Positions 19,972 through 29,227 of a DNA stretch of 64,000 nt are shown here, piece after piece. This DNA comes from Candidatus Eiseniibacteriota bacterium. GTDB taxonomy: Bacteria; Eisenbacteria; RBG-16-71-46. The translations under genes were made by a program, and so were the position numbers. Where the stretch lies: assembly GCA_963776245.1 (NCBI GenBank), contig CAVZLN010000009.1, forward strand, positions 64,001 through 128,000, written 5' to 3'. Below the pieces are notes generated by a model, which did no database searches, was not told the DNA's origin, and was given only the letters and a program-made list of their open reading frames with translations. The first letter of the stretch is position 1. Every line of letters starts with the position of its first letter.

Positions 19972-21342
19972 ATGCCGTCGTACTCGCTGTCCCATCTTCC
20001 CGACCCGGTCCTGCTGCGCGACCTGGCCGCGCTCGTCTCGCACGATCGCGTCACCACCGCCGCACTGCTCGCCCACCTCGCCGAGGTCGATGCCCGCCGG
20101 CTCTACCGGCCGGCCGCCTACCCATCCATGTACGCCTGGTGCGTGGGTGAGCTGAAGCTCTCCGAGGACGCGGCCGCCAAGCGCATCCAGGCCGCCCGCG
20201 TCGCACGGCGGTTCCCGGTCATCTTCCCGATGCTGGCCGACGGCCGCCTTCATCTGAGCGCGGTGGTGCTGCTGGCGCCCTACCTCACCCCGGAGTCGGC
20301 GGACGAACTGCTGGCGGCTGCCGCCGGGAGGTCGAAGGCCGAGCTCGAGCAACTGCTGGCCGAGCGCTGCCCGCGGCCGGACGTGCCGACCCTGGTGCGG
20401 GCCATCACCGCCGACCAACATGCCCCGGGGCATGTGGAGGATCTCGGCAGTGAACTGACCCCGGGGCCAGTTGGTGCACTCCATTGCGAACTGGCGCTGG
20501 CGCCAGTTCACGAGAATGTCAATCAACATGCCCCGGGGCATGTTGCGCCACTGGCGCTGGCGCCAGTTGGAGAACCCGCGCCGCACGCGAGGCTCTCGCC
20601 CCTCTCGCCCGGACGGTTCGCCCTGCAGCTCACCCTCCGGCAGGAGACCCACGACAAGCTGCGCTATGCCCAGGCCCTGCTCGGCCATGCCGTGCCCTCG
20701 GGCGATCTCGCGCAGGTGCTCGACCGCGCGCTGGACGCCCTGATCGCGAAGCTCGAGCAGCGCCGCTTCGCGGCCACCGCCCGCTCGCGCTCCGGTCCCC
20801 GCCGCCGCGCCGCAGACAGCCGCTACCTGCCCGCCGCTGTTCGTCGCATGGTGTGGCAACGCGATGGCGGCCAGTGCACCTTCGTCGGCGACACGGGGCA
20901 CCGCTGCGAGGCCCGCACCCGGCTCGAGTTCGACCACCTCGACCCCTATGCCCGGGGCGGGCAGGGCACACCGGAGCGCCTGCGGCTGCGCTGCCGGGCG
21001 CACAATCAGCTTGAGGCGGAGCGCACTTACGGCACCGGGTTCATGTGCCACAAGCGCGAGGAGTCCCGGCGCCGCGCGGCGGCGGCCCGGGAGGCGAAGC
21101 AGGCGAGCGCGGCCGCTGAAGCACAAGAGCGCGAACGCGCCGCTGCCCGGCAGGCCAGTGCGGACGAGGTCATCCCGTGGCTCCGCGGGCTCGGGTTCCG
21201 GGCCGACGAGGCGCGCCGCGCGGCGGCGCTCTGCGACACCATGGCAGACGCTCCGATCGAGACACGGGTGCGCGTCGCGCTCTCGAGCCTGGCGCCCGGC
21301 GGCACGCGCCGGGTCTCGAACCTCGCGAGCGCACCGGCATGA
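19972..21342 (+). CDS. DUF222-like/HNH endonuclease-domain protein with RuvA-CTD-like tail; probably a selfish element
   Basis: N-terminal LLAHLAEVDARRLY..SMYAWCV, HNH zinc finger VWQRDGGQCTF..C..LEFDHLDPYARGG..CRAHN, tail LRGLGFRADEARRA. Confidence 0.8.
   Translation: MPSYSLSHLPDPVLLRDLAALVSHDRVTTAALLAHLAEVDARRLYRPAAYPSMYAWCVGELKLSEDAAAKRIQAARVARRFPVIFPMLADGRLHLSAVVLLAPYLTPESADELLAAAAGRSKAELEQLLAERCPRPDVPTLVRAITADQHAPGHVEDLGSELTPGPVGALHCELALAPVHENVNQHAPGHVAPLALAPVGEPAPHARLSPLSPGRFALQLTLRQETHDKLRYAQALLGHAVPSGDLAQVLDRALDALIAKLEQRRFAATARSRSGPRRRAADSRYLPAAVRRMVWQRDGGQCTFVGDTGHRCEARTRLEFDHLDPYARGGQGTPERLRLRCRAHNQLEAERTYGTGFMCHKREESRRRAAAAREAKQASAAAEAQERERAAARQASADEVIPWLRGLGFRADEARRAAALCDTMADAPIETRVRVALSSLAPGGTRRVSNLASAPA
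20418..20567. repeat. Array of five 18-22 bp palindromes with unique spacers inside the HNH gene
   Basis: Units at 20418-20435, 20453-20472, 20488-20509, 20524-20545 and 20550-20567; dyad centres are 36, 36, 36 and 24 nt apart. Confidence 0.85.
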
Positions 21343-21615
21343 ACGCGATCGGAGAGTGAGGAACCCGCTGCCCTTCGCAGCTCGACTGCGGCCATCGAGG
21401 CCGAGCGCAGCACCGGCACCCGGGCCTCCGGTTTCGTCCGCTCGCGGCCGATGACCTCCGGCTTGGTTCGCCCTCGGCACCGGTGAACGAGTGGCGCGAC
21501 GTGCGGTCCTTCCCGACCACTCGCGCGGCGCGCTATACTGCGGCGACCTCCAAGTGCATCCGTGCCGACCGTCGACGAATGGGCGCCCCCCGGCGCCAGG
21601 GAAAGGCCTGCGAAC

Positions 21616-23008
21616 ATGGAACTCAAGACCCTCGACGAAATCCGCCACGCCACCGCCGCCCTCGCCAGCGGGAACGGGGACGCCCTCGACCGCCTGGTTT
21701 GGACCGGGGTGTTCGGCACCGGCGACCTGCGCGATGCCGCGCGTGCCGCGGTGCTCGGCCAGTGCCGCTCGGCCGGGATCTACCCCGCCTCGATCCACGG
21801 CGTATACACCGCGCGCGGCCGCGGCGAGGCGCGCTGCGACTTCACCGTGCCCGCCATCAACATCCGCGGGCTCGCCTACGACACCGCGCGTGCGCTGATG
21901 CGCGCGCGCAAAGCGCTCGACGCGGGCACGGTGATCTGCGAGATCGCGCGCTCCGAGATCGCCTACACCGACCAGCGGCCGGCGGAGTACGCCTTCGTGC
22001 TCATGGCGGCGGCGCTGCGCGAGGGCGTGAAGGGGCCGCTGTTCATCCAGGGCGACCACTTCCAGGTCAACGCGAAGAAGTACGCGACGGGCGCCGAGGC
22101 CGAACTGAAGGCGGTGCGGGAGATCACCGCCGAGGGCGTGGCGGCGGCCTTCTACAACATCGACGTGGACACCTCGACGCTGGTGGATCTTTCGAAGGCA
22201 ACGCTCGAGCAACAGCAGCAGCTCAACGGCGGGCTGTGCGCCGAACTCACGGCGTACATCCGGTCGATCGAGCCGAAGGGCGTGACCATCTCGGTCGGGG
22301 GCGAGATCGGCGAGGTGGGCTCGAAGAACTCCACCCCCGAGGAGCTGGACGCGTTCATGGCGGTCTACCAGGCCGCGCTCGCCCAGCGGGCCCCGGGCAA
22401 ACCCGGCATCAGCAAGATCTCGATCCAGACCGGCACTTCGCATGGGGGCGTGCCCCTGCCCGACGGCACCATCGCCCAGGTCAAGATCGACTTCGACGCC
22501 ATCGACCGGATCTCGAGGCAGGCGCGTGAGCGCTACGGCATGGGCGGGGCGGTGCAGCACGGAGCGTCCACGCTGCCGGCGGAGCTCTTCGACCGCTTCC
22601 CGGCCCTGGGCGCCTGCGAGGTCCACCTCGCCACCGAGTTCCAGAACATGCTGCTCGACCACCCGGCCTTCCCCGCCGACCTCAAGCGCGCCATCTACGA
22701 AAAGCTGCGCCAGACCGAGGCGGGCGAGCGCAAGCCGAGCGACACCGATGAGCAGTTCTTCTACAAGACCCGCAAGAAGGCCACCGGAAGCTGGAAGCGC
22801 GAACTCTGGTCGATGCCGGCCGAGGTGCGTGGCGTCATCGGCCAGGCGCTCGAGGACAAGTTCCGCAGCCTGCTCCTGAAGCTCCACGTGGACGGCACGG
22901 CGTCGCTGGCCGCCCGGTGGGCGCCGCTACGTCGAAGGGAGCTTCCCCACGCTCGGCGCGGCGGTCACGGCGCGCGCGCACGAAGACGTCTCGGGCCTGT
23001 CGGACTGA
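21616..23008 (+). CDS. fba: Class II fructose-bisphosphate aldolase-like protein (apparent +1 frameshift near 22927)
   Basis: VPAINIR, IQGDH, GGEIGEVG, GTSHGG, VQHGASTL, HLATEFQ. The likely native end YVEGSF..EDVSGLSD* (TGA 23006-23008) lies in the +1 frame. Confidence 0.8.
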
Positions 23009-23028
23009 GCGCGAGCCGGGACCCGACC

Positions 23029-24072
23029 ATGGACCACCGCGCCGTCACGCTCCATCAGTTCGTGCTCCAGCAGGAGCGCCTCCATCCCGGGGCGACCGGG
23101 GAGTTCACCGGGGTCCTCATCGACATCGCGCTCGCGGCGAAGCTCATCAACCGCGAGGTGATCCGCGCCGGTCTCGTGGACATCCTCGGCTACACCGGAT
23201 CCGCGAACGTCCATGGGGAGAAGGTGCAGAAGCTCGACCGCTTCGCGCACGAGACCATCTACCGGGTGCTGGGGTCGACCGGCCAGTTGGCGGTGCTGGC
23301 GTCGGAGGAGGACGAGAACGTCATCCACGTGCCCGAGGGTCAGCCGATCGGCAAGTACGTGGTGAACTTCGACCCCCTCGACGGCTCCTCGAACATCAAC
23401 GCGAACGTCAACATCGGGACCATCTTCTCGATCCTGCCGCGCGTCACGGACTCCGGAGGAGGCGCGCTGCGCGACTGTCTGCAGGCGGGCGTGAACCAGG
23501 TGTGCGCGGGCTACGTGATGTACGGCTCGAGCACCATGCTGGTCTACACCACCGGCCACGGGGTGCACGGCTTCACGTTCGAGCCGAGCGTGGGCGAGTT
23601 CCTGCTCTCCCACCCCGAGATCCGCACGCCCCGGCGGGGCCGCATCTACAGCGTGAACGAGGGCAATTACGTCCATTGGGACGAGGGCGTGAGGCGCTAC
23701 ATCGACTGGCTCAAGCGCGACGACGCCGCCACCGGGCGCCCCTACAACGCGCGCTACGTGGGCTCGCTGGTCGCGGACTTCCACCGCAACCTGCTCTACG
23801 GCGGGATCTACCTGTACCCCGCCGATGGCAAGAACCCGCGCGGCAAGCTGCGGGTGCTCTACGAGTGCGCGCCGCTCGCCTACATCGCCGAGCAGGCCGG
23901 CGGCGCGTCGAGCGACGGGCGCGTGCGGACCATGGATCAGCAGCCCCAGACGCTCCACGAGCGCACCCCGCTCTTCCTCGGCAGCGCCGAGGACGTCGCG
24001 GAGTGCGAGGCGTTCATCCAGGGCCGGCACCCGCTGGTCGGGGTGGACCGCCGCGTGAACCCCGGGTCCTGA
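23029..24072 (+). CDS. fbp: Class 1 fructose-1,6-bisphosphatase
   Basis: GEKVQKLD, SEE, FDPLDGSSNI, YSVNEGN, RYVGSLVADFHRNL, GKLRVLYE. Confidence 0.95.
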   Translation: MDHRAVTLHQFVLQQERLHPGATGEFTGVLIDIALAAKLINREVIRAGLVDILGYTGSANVHGEKVQKLDRFAHETIYRVLGSTGQLAVLASEEDENVIHVPEGQPIGKYVVNFDPLDGSSNINANVNIGTIFSILPRVTDSGGGALRDCLQAGVNQVCAGYVMYGSSTMLVYTTGHGVHGFTFEPSVGEFLLSHPEIRTPRRGRIYSVNEGNYVHWDEGVRRYIDWLKRDDAATGRPYNARYVGSLVADFHRNLLYGGIYLYPADGKNPRGKLRVLYECAPLAYIAEQAGGASSDGRVRTMDQQPQTLHERTPLFLGSAEDVAECEAFIQGRHPLVGVDRRVNPGS

Positions 24073-24129
24073 CCCGGGCGTAGCCGGAGGAAGCGCCCCC
24101 GGCAGACGGCGCGCGGCCGCGCGCGATCG

Positions 24130-24582
24130 CTACTGGTCGCCGGGCGGCCACAGCGACGCCACCCGCCAGCGGATCTCGTCGCGCACCTCGCGGAACACGC
24201 GTTCCGCGTCGGCCTTGTTCGCCCGCGCGGGGTCGGGCAGCGGCCAGTGGACCCGGCGCACCAGCGGACCGGCGACCGGGCACACCTCGTCGCTCTCCCC
24301 GCACAGCGTGACGATGGTGTCCGCCTCCTGCCACGGCACCTCGCCCACCGCCTTGGAGCTCTGGCCGCTGAGATCCACGTCCACTTCGGCCATCACCTGG
24401 ACCGCCATCGGGTGGACCCCGGTCGGCTGGGTCCCCGCGCTCCAGATCTCCGCCGTGGCCGGCGCCATGACGTGCGCGAATCCCTCGGCCATCTGGCTGC
24501 GCGACGCGTTGTGCACGCAGATGAAGACCACGCGCTGGGGCGGCACGGTGATGAAGGCAGGCGGGCGAGGCGTCTCGGTCAC
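24130..24582 (-). CDS. arsC: Arsenate reductase, LMW-PTP/thioredoxin type
   Basis: CVHNASRSQMAEG P-loop, TLCG..CP, HWPLPDP, FREVRDEI. GTG start follows GGAG. Confidence 0.85.
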   Translation of the reverse strand: MTETPRPPAFITVPPQRVVFICVHNASRSQMAEGFAHVMAPATAEIWSAGTQPTGVHPMAVQVMAEVDVDLSGQSSKAVGEVPWQEADTIVTLCGESDEVCPVAGPLVRRVHWPLPDPARANKADAERVFREVRDEIRWRVASLWPPGDQ

Positions 24583-24725
24583 GTGGCACACTCCGGGGAA
24601 GGGACGACGACTGGCGCGAGCACTCTAGCGCATCCGCCCCGCGGTGCACGAGGGTTGTGGAACGGACCGGGAAGGACGGCCCGAGCTGGCCACCCCGCCT
24701 GCGGAGGCACCCGCACGCCCGAGCG

Positions 24726-25535
24726 TCACACCATCACGCCCTGGCGCCGCAGCAGCTCCTGCATCAGACGCGCGCTGCGCGCGGCCTGGCCCGCGTGGCA
24801 GTTGTTGAAGAACACGTAGGTCTGGCGGGACTGGCGCGCCAGTTCGGCGATGCGGGTGAGCCACTCGCCCAGCTCGCGCTCGGAGTAGTCGTGATCGTAG
24901 CGGTCTCCGCCTCCCCGGCCCCACCAGTTCGCGGCGTTGCGCCCGTGGAATCTCACGTACGAGTCGGGGGCCGTGCGCAGCGCGATCGCCGGCATCAGCC
25001 CGGGCAGCGCGGGCTCGTCCACCGCGCAATAGCCGATCCCGAGCCGCGTGAGCCACTCCCCCAGGTCCGGCACCGCCCACGAGTCGTGGCGGAACTCCGC
25101 GAACAACGGCTCGCGCTCGAATCGTCCTCGCAGGGTCTCCAGATGCGCGCGCGCCGCGGGCGAATCGCGGAACGCCCACGGGAACTGGGCGAGCAATCCA
25201 TCGTACTTGCCCGCCGCCTTGAGCGGCGCCACGGCATCGAGGAACTCCTCGGCACGCGCCGCATCGGTGACGCCCGCGTGGGTGAAGGACTGATGGAGCT
25301 TCACCACGAAGTGGAAATGCGGCGGGGTCTTGCGCTCCATTTGCTCCATCACCCGGGGGTGCGGGACGCGATAGTAGGTGGAGTTCACCTCCACCGCGTC
25401 GAAGTGCTCGGCGTAGTGACGCAGGTAGTCCCCGGGCCGCGTGCCCGGCGGGTAGAAGGGGCCCACCCAGTCCGCGAACGAGTAGCCCGACGTGCCGATG
25501 AGCACGCGCCCCGAGGTGGGGCCGGCCGGGTTCAT
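24726..25535 (-). CDS. DUF72 (UPF0759) family protein
   Basis: IGTSGYS, VEVNSTYY, LAQFP, EFRHDSW, YVRFHGRN, YVFFNN. Confidence 0.9.
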   Translation of the reverse strand: MNPAGPTSGRVLIGTSGYSFADWVGPFYPPGTRPGDYLRHYAEHFDAVEVNSTYYRVPHPRVMEQMERKTPPHFHFVVKLHQSFTHAGVTDAARAEEFLDAVAPLKAAGKYDGLLAQFPWAFRDSPAARAHLETLRGRFEREPLFAEFRHDSWAVPDLGEWLTRLGIGYCAVDEPALPGLMPAIALRTAPDSYVRFHGRNAANWWGRGGGDRYDHDYSERELGEWLTRIAELARQSRQTYVFFNNCHAGQAARSARLMQELLRRQGVMV

Positions 25536-26788
25536 CCTTCACCGCCCCCGGGCGTCCCGGGCTCGTCCTCGGTGCGGCCCCGCGTGCGCCCGAGCGCGGG
25601 ACCGAATGGGACGTGGCCGATCGCGCGGCGGTGGGAGAGCGAGCCCGCCGGCACCACCGCCCGCTCGCCGAGCCGGTCGCGGACCAGGTCGAGGGTCTCG
25701 AGCAGGCGCCGGGAACGGTCATCGGCCGGGAACAGTTCGGCCTGAGGCGCGTCCGGGCGCGGCGCCAGTCCGGAGACGCTCACGCCCAGCAGGCGCAACG
25801 CGCTCCCGCGCCAGTTCGACCGCAGGAGCGCGCGTGCCACCTCGAACACGCGCGCGCCATCGTCGGTCGCGGGGGCGATCGCGCGCTGGCGGGTGATGGT
25901 GCGGAAGCGGTGATCGCGCAGTTTGAGGGTCACGATGTCCCCCACGGATCCATCCGCGCGCAGGCGGCGCGCGACCTGGTCCGAGAGACGCAGCAGGGTG
26001 CCCTCGAGATAGGCGGGTTCGTCGCAGTCCTCGGGCAGCGTGATCTCGTGCCCCATGGACTTGGCGTCCACTCCGACGTGGTAGGGCACCAGCGGAGTGG
26101 CGTCGCGTCCGCTCGCCGCCTCCCGCAGGTGTTCGCCGACCACCCCGAACGCGCCGCGGAGCATCGGGAGCGGGGCGCGGGCGAGCTCGCCGACGGTCGA
26201 AATCCCGAGCGACCGCATGCGCTCGGCAAGTCTCGGCCCGACCCCCCACAACTCCTGCACCGCGCGCGGCCAGAAGGTCTCCTGGAACCCCGCCACGTCG
26301 AGCACCGTGAGCCCGCGCGGCTTGGCGACCCCCGAGGCCATCTTGGCCACGAGCTTGTTGGGACCCACTCCGATCGAGGCGGAGAGCCCGAACCGCTCGG
26401 TGATCGCGTCCTGGATCACCCGCGCGAGCCGTCCCCCCTCGGTCAGCGAATCGTGCCGTCCGCTCAGCCCCACGAACGCCTCGTCCACGCTGAACGGCTC
26501 CACGTCGGGCGTGTGCTCCAGATAGAGCTCGAGCAGGCGAAGCGAGATCTCGACGTAGCGGTCGGGATGTCCTTCGACGCATTCCGCCTGCGGGCAGAGC
26601 CGTCGCGCCTCGGCCAGGGGCATCCCCGCGCGCACCCCCGACGGACGCGCCTCGTATGAGGCTGCGGTCACCACGCCCCGCCGGTTCGGATCGCCACACA
26701 CGAGGACCGGCCGGCCGCGCAGGTGAGGATGCTGCGCCTGCTCCACCGACGCGAAGAACGCGTCCATGTCCACCAGCAACAGCGTCAC
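25532..26788 (-). CDS. dinB: DNA polymerase IV (Y family)
   Basis: VDMDAFFASVE, ASYEAR, SVDEAF, GPNKLVAKMAS, KPRG, WGVG. Confidence 0.95.
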   Translation of the reverse strand: MTLLLVDMDAFFASVEQAQHPHLRGRPVLVCGDPNRRGVVTAASYEARPSGVRAGMPLAEARRLCPQAECVEGHPDRYVEISLRLLELYLEHTPDVEPFSVDEAFVGLSGRHDSLTEGGRLARVIQDAITERFGLSASIGVGPNKLVAKMASGVAKPRGLTVLDVAGFQETFWPRAVQELWGVGPRLAERMRSLGISTVGELARAPLPMLRGAFGVVGEHLREAASGRDATPLVPYHVGVDAKSMGHEITLPEDCDEPAYLEGTLLRLSDQVARRLRADGSVGDIVTLKLRDHRFRTITRQRAIAPATDDGARVFEVARALLRSNWRGSALRLLGVSVSGLAPRPDAPQAELFPADDRSRRLLETLDLVRDRLGERAVVPAGSLSHRRAIGHVPFGPALGRTRGRTEDEPGTPGGGEG

Positions 26789-26860
26789 GTCACCCTCCGC
26801 CCGATCCGCTCCCGCAGGGGTCTCGAACCTGTCGGCATTCCATCGCTCGGTACCACGGGC

Positions 26861-26889
26861 ACATTACTGCACATCCGTGCATCGAACAA
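26861..26889 (-). promoter_or_regulatory. dinB promoter with putative LexA (SOS) operator
   Basis: TTGTTC-17 nt-TAATGT; the spacer holds the dyad TGCAC-ATCC-GTGCA (26868-26881). Confidence 0.6.
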
Positions 26890-26892
26890 GCG

Positions 26893-26929
26893 ACAAAGCG
26901 GGGCCGGCGCCCCGAAGGACGCCGGCCCC
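26893..26929 (-). terminator. Intrinsic terminator after ccmF
   Basis: Minus strand GGGGCCGGCGTCC-TTCG-GGGCGCCGGCCCC followed by GCTTTGT. Confidence 0.7.
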
Positions 26930-26947
26930 ATGTGCCTGCTCGGAGTC

Positions 26948-29227
26948 TCAGGCGGTCGCGCGCCCGAGGTCCATGATGCGGCGGATCATCGCGAGCATCG
27001 CGCTCACCAGCATGATGATCGCCCCCACCCACACGCAGTTGATGAGCGGCTTGGTGCTCACCTCGACCGCGAGGATCCCGCCCTGCGGACCGTCGGCACT
27101 TCCGCCGGGCAGGTCGAGCGCTACCCTGCCGCCCTGTCCGGGATCCACCGCCGCCACCGTGACCTGTCCGCCGCCCGGCATGTAGTCCGGTGTCTGGCGG
27201 GGCTGGCCCGTGGCCATGTCCATCTCGTAGACCGGCTTCAACGGCACCGTGCGACCGCCGGTCTCGGCCGTGATCCGGGCCACCAGGCGCACCTTGCCCT
27301 GGTCCATCTGGCGGTCGAAGTCCTCGAAGGTGTACCGCACCTGCCCGATCTGGCGCGTCTCACCCTTGCGGAACCACGTCGCGTTCGCCTCCGGCCCGCT
27401 GCCCACCAGGTCGAGCGGCGAGATGTACACGTCGTGCGACAGGTAGTGTTCGATGTGCGGCTTCTTCATGTAGCCCTGGTTGAACTCGCTCCAGTACATC
27501 GACGGCCGGGCGTCGAAACGCGTGCGCTTGTCGACCGTGGTCACGGCGATCACGGCGTGGTCCTTGCCGCTGCCGTCCTTGCTCATGCCCTGGAAGGTCA
27601 TCCAGTACCCGAGCGCGGCGCGCGGCTGGCCCTGCGGCAATTGCACCTGCACCGCGTCCCCGTAGTTCGACGACGCCACCACCCCGAGCAGCAGCACCGA
27701 GACCCCGGTGTGCGAGAGGAATGCGACGCCGTGCTTCCACCCGGCCCGGAAGCCCCGCACCGTGACCACCACATTGGAGGCCAGCGCGAACGCCGCGGCG
27801 AACACCATGCCGGTGGGCAGCGCGTCCCGCACCCCGAGGGCGAAGGCCCCCGCGGTGGCGAGCAGCGCGAGGCCCAACGGGGGCAGCGCCGCGCGCACCA
27901 GCGGCCGCGTCTCCTGGTTGCGCCAGCGCATCATCGGCGCGACCCCGAGCAGCAGGCACATGGCGATCCCGAGCGGCGCGTTCACCAGGTTGTAGTACGT
28001 GGTCTGCACGTTGGACGGCGGGCCGAACAGCCGCGTGATCAGCGGCGCGCTCATGCCCACCGCGGTGAGCGCACACATGAGCATGAAGGTGAGCTGCCCG
28101 AGCCACATCATGGATTCGCGCGAGAAGTTCCCGAGCGGCTGGGACGGCCTCGGGATGTCGCGCAGCCGCCACAGCAGCGCGCCGTAACCGACCACGATCG
28201 CGAGGAACAGGAAGGAGAGCAGGAAGCCGTTGAGCCCCAGGTTCACGAACGAGTGGACCGAGAAGTCCGCCAGCACGCCGCTGCGCGTCAGGAACGACGC
28301 GTAGAGCACCAGCACATAGGAGGTCACCGCGAGGAAGAAGTTCGTGCGCCGCAGGCTGCCGGTGACGCGCTGCACCATCAGGCCGTGGAGCAGCGCGATG
28401 TTGGACAGCCACGGGATGAGCGAGCCGTTCTCGACCGGGTCCCAGCCCCAGTAGCCGCCCCAGCCGAGCACCTTGTACGCCCACACGCCGCCCATGATGA
28501 AGCCGCACGACAGCACCGCGGTCGAGAACACCGCCCACGGCATCACCGGCTTGAGCCACCCGTCGTAGTCCCGCTTCACCAGCGCCGCCATCGCCAGCGA
28601 GAACGGCAACGCCAGCGAGGAGAAGCCGGTGAACAGCACCGGCGGGTGGATGGTCATCCACGGGTCCTGCAGCAGCGGATTGAGCCCGTTGCCATCCACC
28701 GGGACCTGCCCGGCGGGGAAGGTGAGGAACGGCCCCCGCATCACGCTCACCAGGCCGAGCATCACCAGCGGCAGGTTGAGGAAGAACATCGCCGGCGTGG
28801 TGAGCGGCCCCTTGGTGCGCATCAGGAACAGCCCGAGCGTGGTGGTGAGCAGCGCCCACAGCATGAACGTACCCTCCTGCCCGCCCCAGAACGCCGCGTA
28901 CACGTAGTGCGGGGGCATCGACAGCGAGGAGTACGACGCGACGTACTGGAAGCGGAACTGGTGGGTGAAGAGGATGTGCCAGAGGAAGACCGCGGCCGCC
29001 AGCAGCGCGACCCACTGGATGCGGAAGGCGACGCGCGCCGGCACCAGCGCGCTCTCGCGGCCGGTGGTGGCCGCGAGGAACGAGAGCGCCGACACGACCG
29101 ACGCCAGGAACGCGACCCAGGTGAGGGTCTGTCCGGGATTCAGGAGCCCCGCCGCGCCCAGCGCGGCCGGGATGAGCAGGATGGGAAGAGCGGCGGCCAG
29201 GCCAAGGGTGACCGGCCGGCCGGTCAC
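26948..29227 (-). CDS. ccmF: Cytochrome c heme lyase CcmF
   Basis: FWGGQEG, GLNPLLQDPWMTIHPP, WAYKVLGWGGYWGWDPVEN, FLTRSG, SVHSF. Confidence 0.93.
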   Translation of the reverse strand: MTGRPVTLGLAAALPILLIPAALGAAGLLNPGQTLTWVAFLASVVSALSFLAATTGRESALVPARVAFRIQWVALLAAAVFLWHILFTHQFRFQYVASYSSLSMPPHYVYAAFWGGQEGTFMLWALLTTTLGLFLMRTKGPLTTPAMFFLNLPLVMLGLVSVMRGPFLTFPAGQVPVDGNGLNPLLQDPWMTIHPPVLFTGFSSLALPFSLAMAALVKRDYDGWLKPVMPWAVFSTAVLSCGFIMGGVWAYKVLGWGGYWGWDPVENGSLIPWLSNIALLHGLMVQRVTGSLRRTNFFLAVTSYVLVLYASFLTRSGVLADFSVHSFVNLGLNGFLLSFLFLAIVVGYGALLWRLRDIPRPSQPLGNFSRESMMWLGQLTFMLMCALTAVGMSAPLITRLFGPPSNVQTTYYNLVNAPLGIAMCLLLGVAPMMRWRNQETRPLVRAALPPLGLALLATAGAFALGVRDALPTGMVFAAAFALASNVVVTVRGFRAGWKHGVAFLSHTGVSVLLLGVVASSNYGDAVQVQLPQGQPRAALGYWMTFQGMSKDGSGKDHAVIAVTTVDKRTRFDARPSMYWSEFNQGYMKKPHIEHYLSHDVYISPLDLVGSGPEANATWFRKGETRQIGQVRYTFEDFDRQMDQGKVRLVARITAETGGRTVPLKPVYEMDMATGQPRQTPDYMPGGGQVTVAAVDPGQGGRVALDLPGGSADGPQGGILAVEVSTKPLINCVWVGAIIMLVSAMLAMIRRIMDLGRATA

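Noticed and set aside
20418..20567. CRISPR array or integron attC interpretation of the palindrome array
   Set aside because: The units are not identical, the spacers are too short and no cas genes are present. The AAC..GTT ends recall attC cores, but the units are far too short and there is no integrase.
19921..22887. 988-aa minus-strand ORF
   Set aside because: Antisense shadow of the HNH and aldolase genes in high-GC DNA; no motifs.
24130..24582. Arsenic resistance operon
   Set aside because: arsC is alone; no arsR, arsB or acr3 is nearby.
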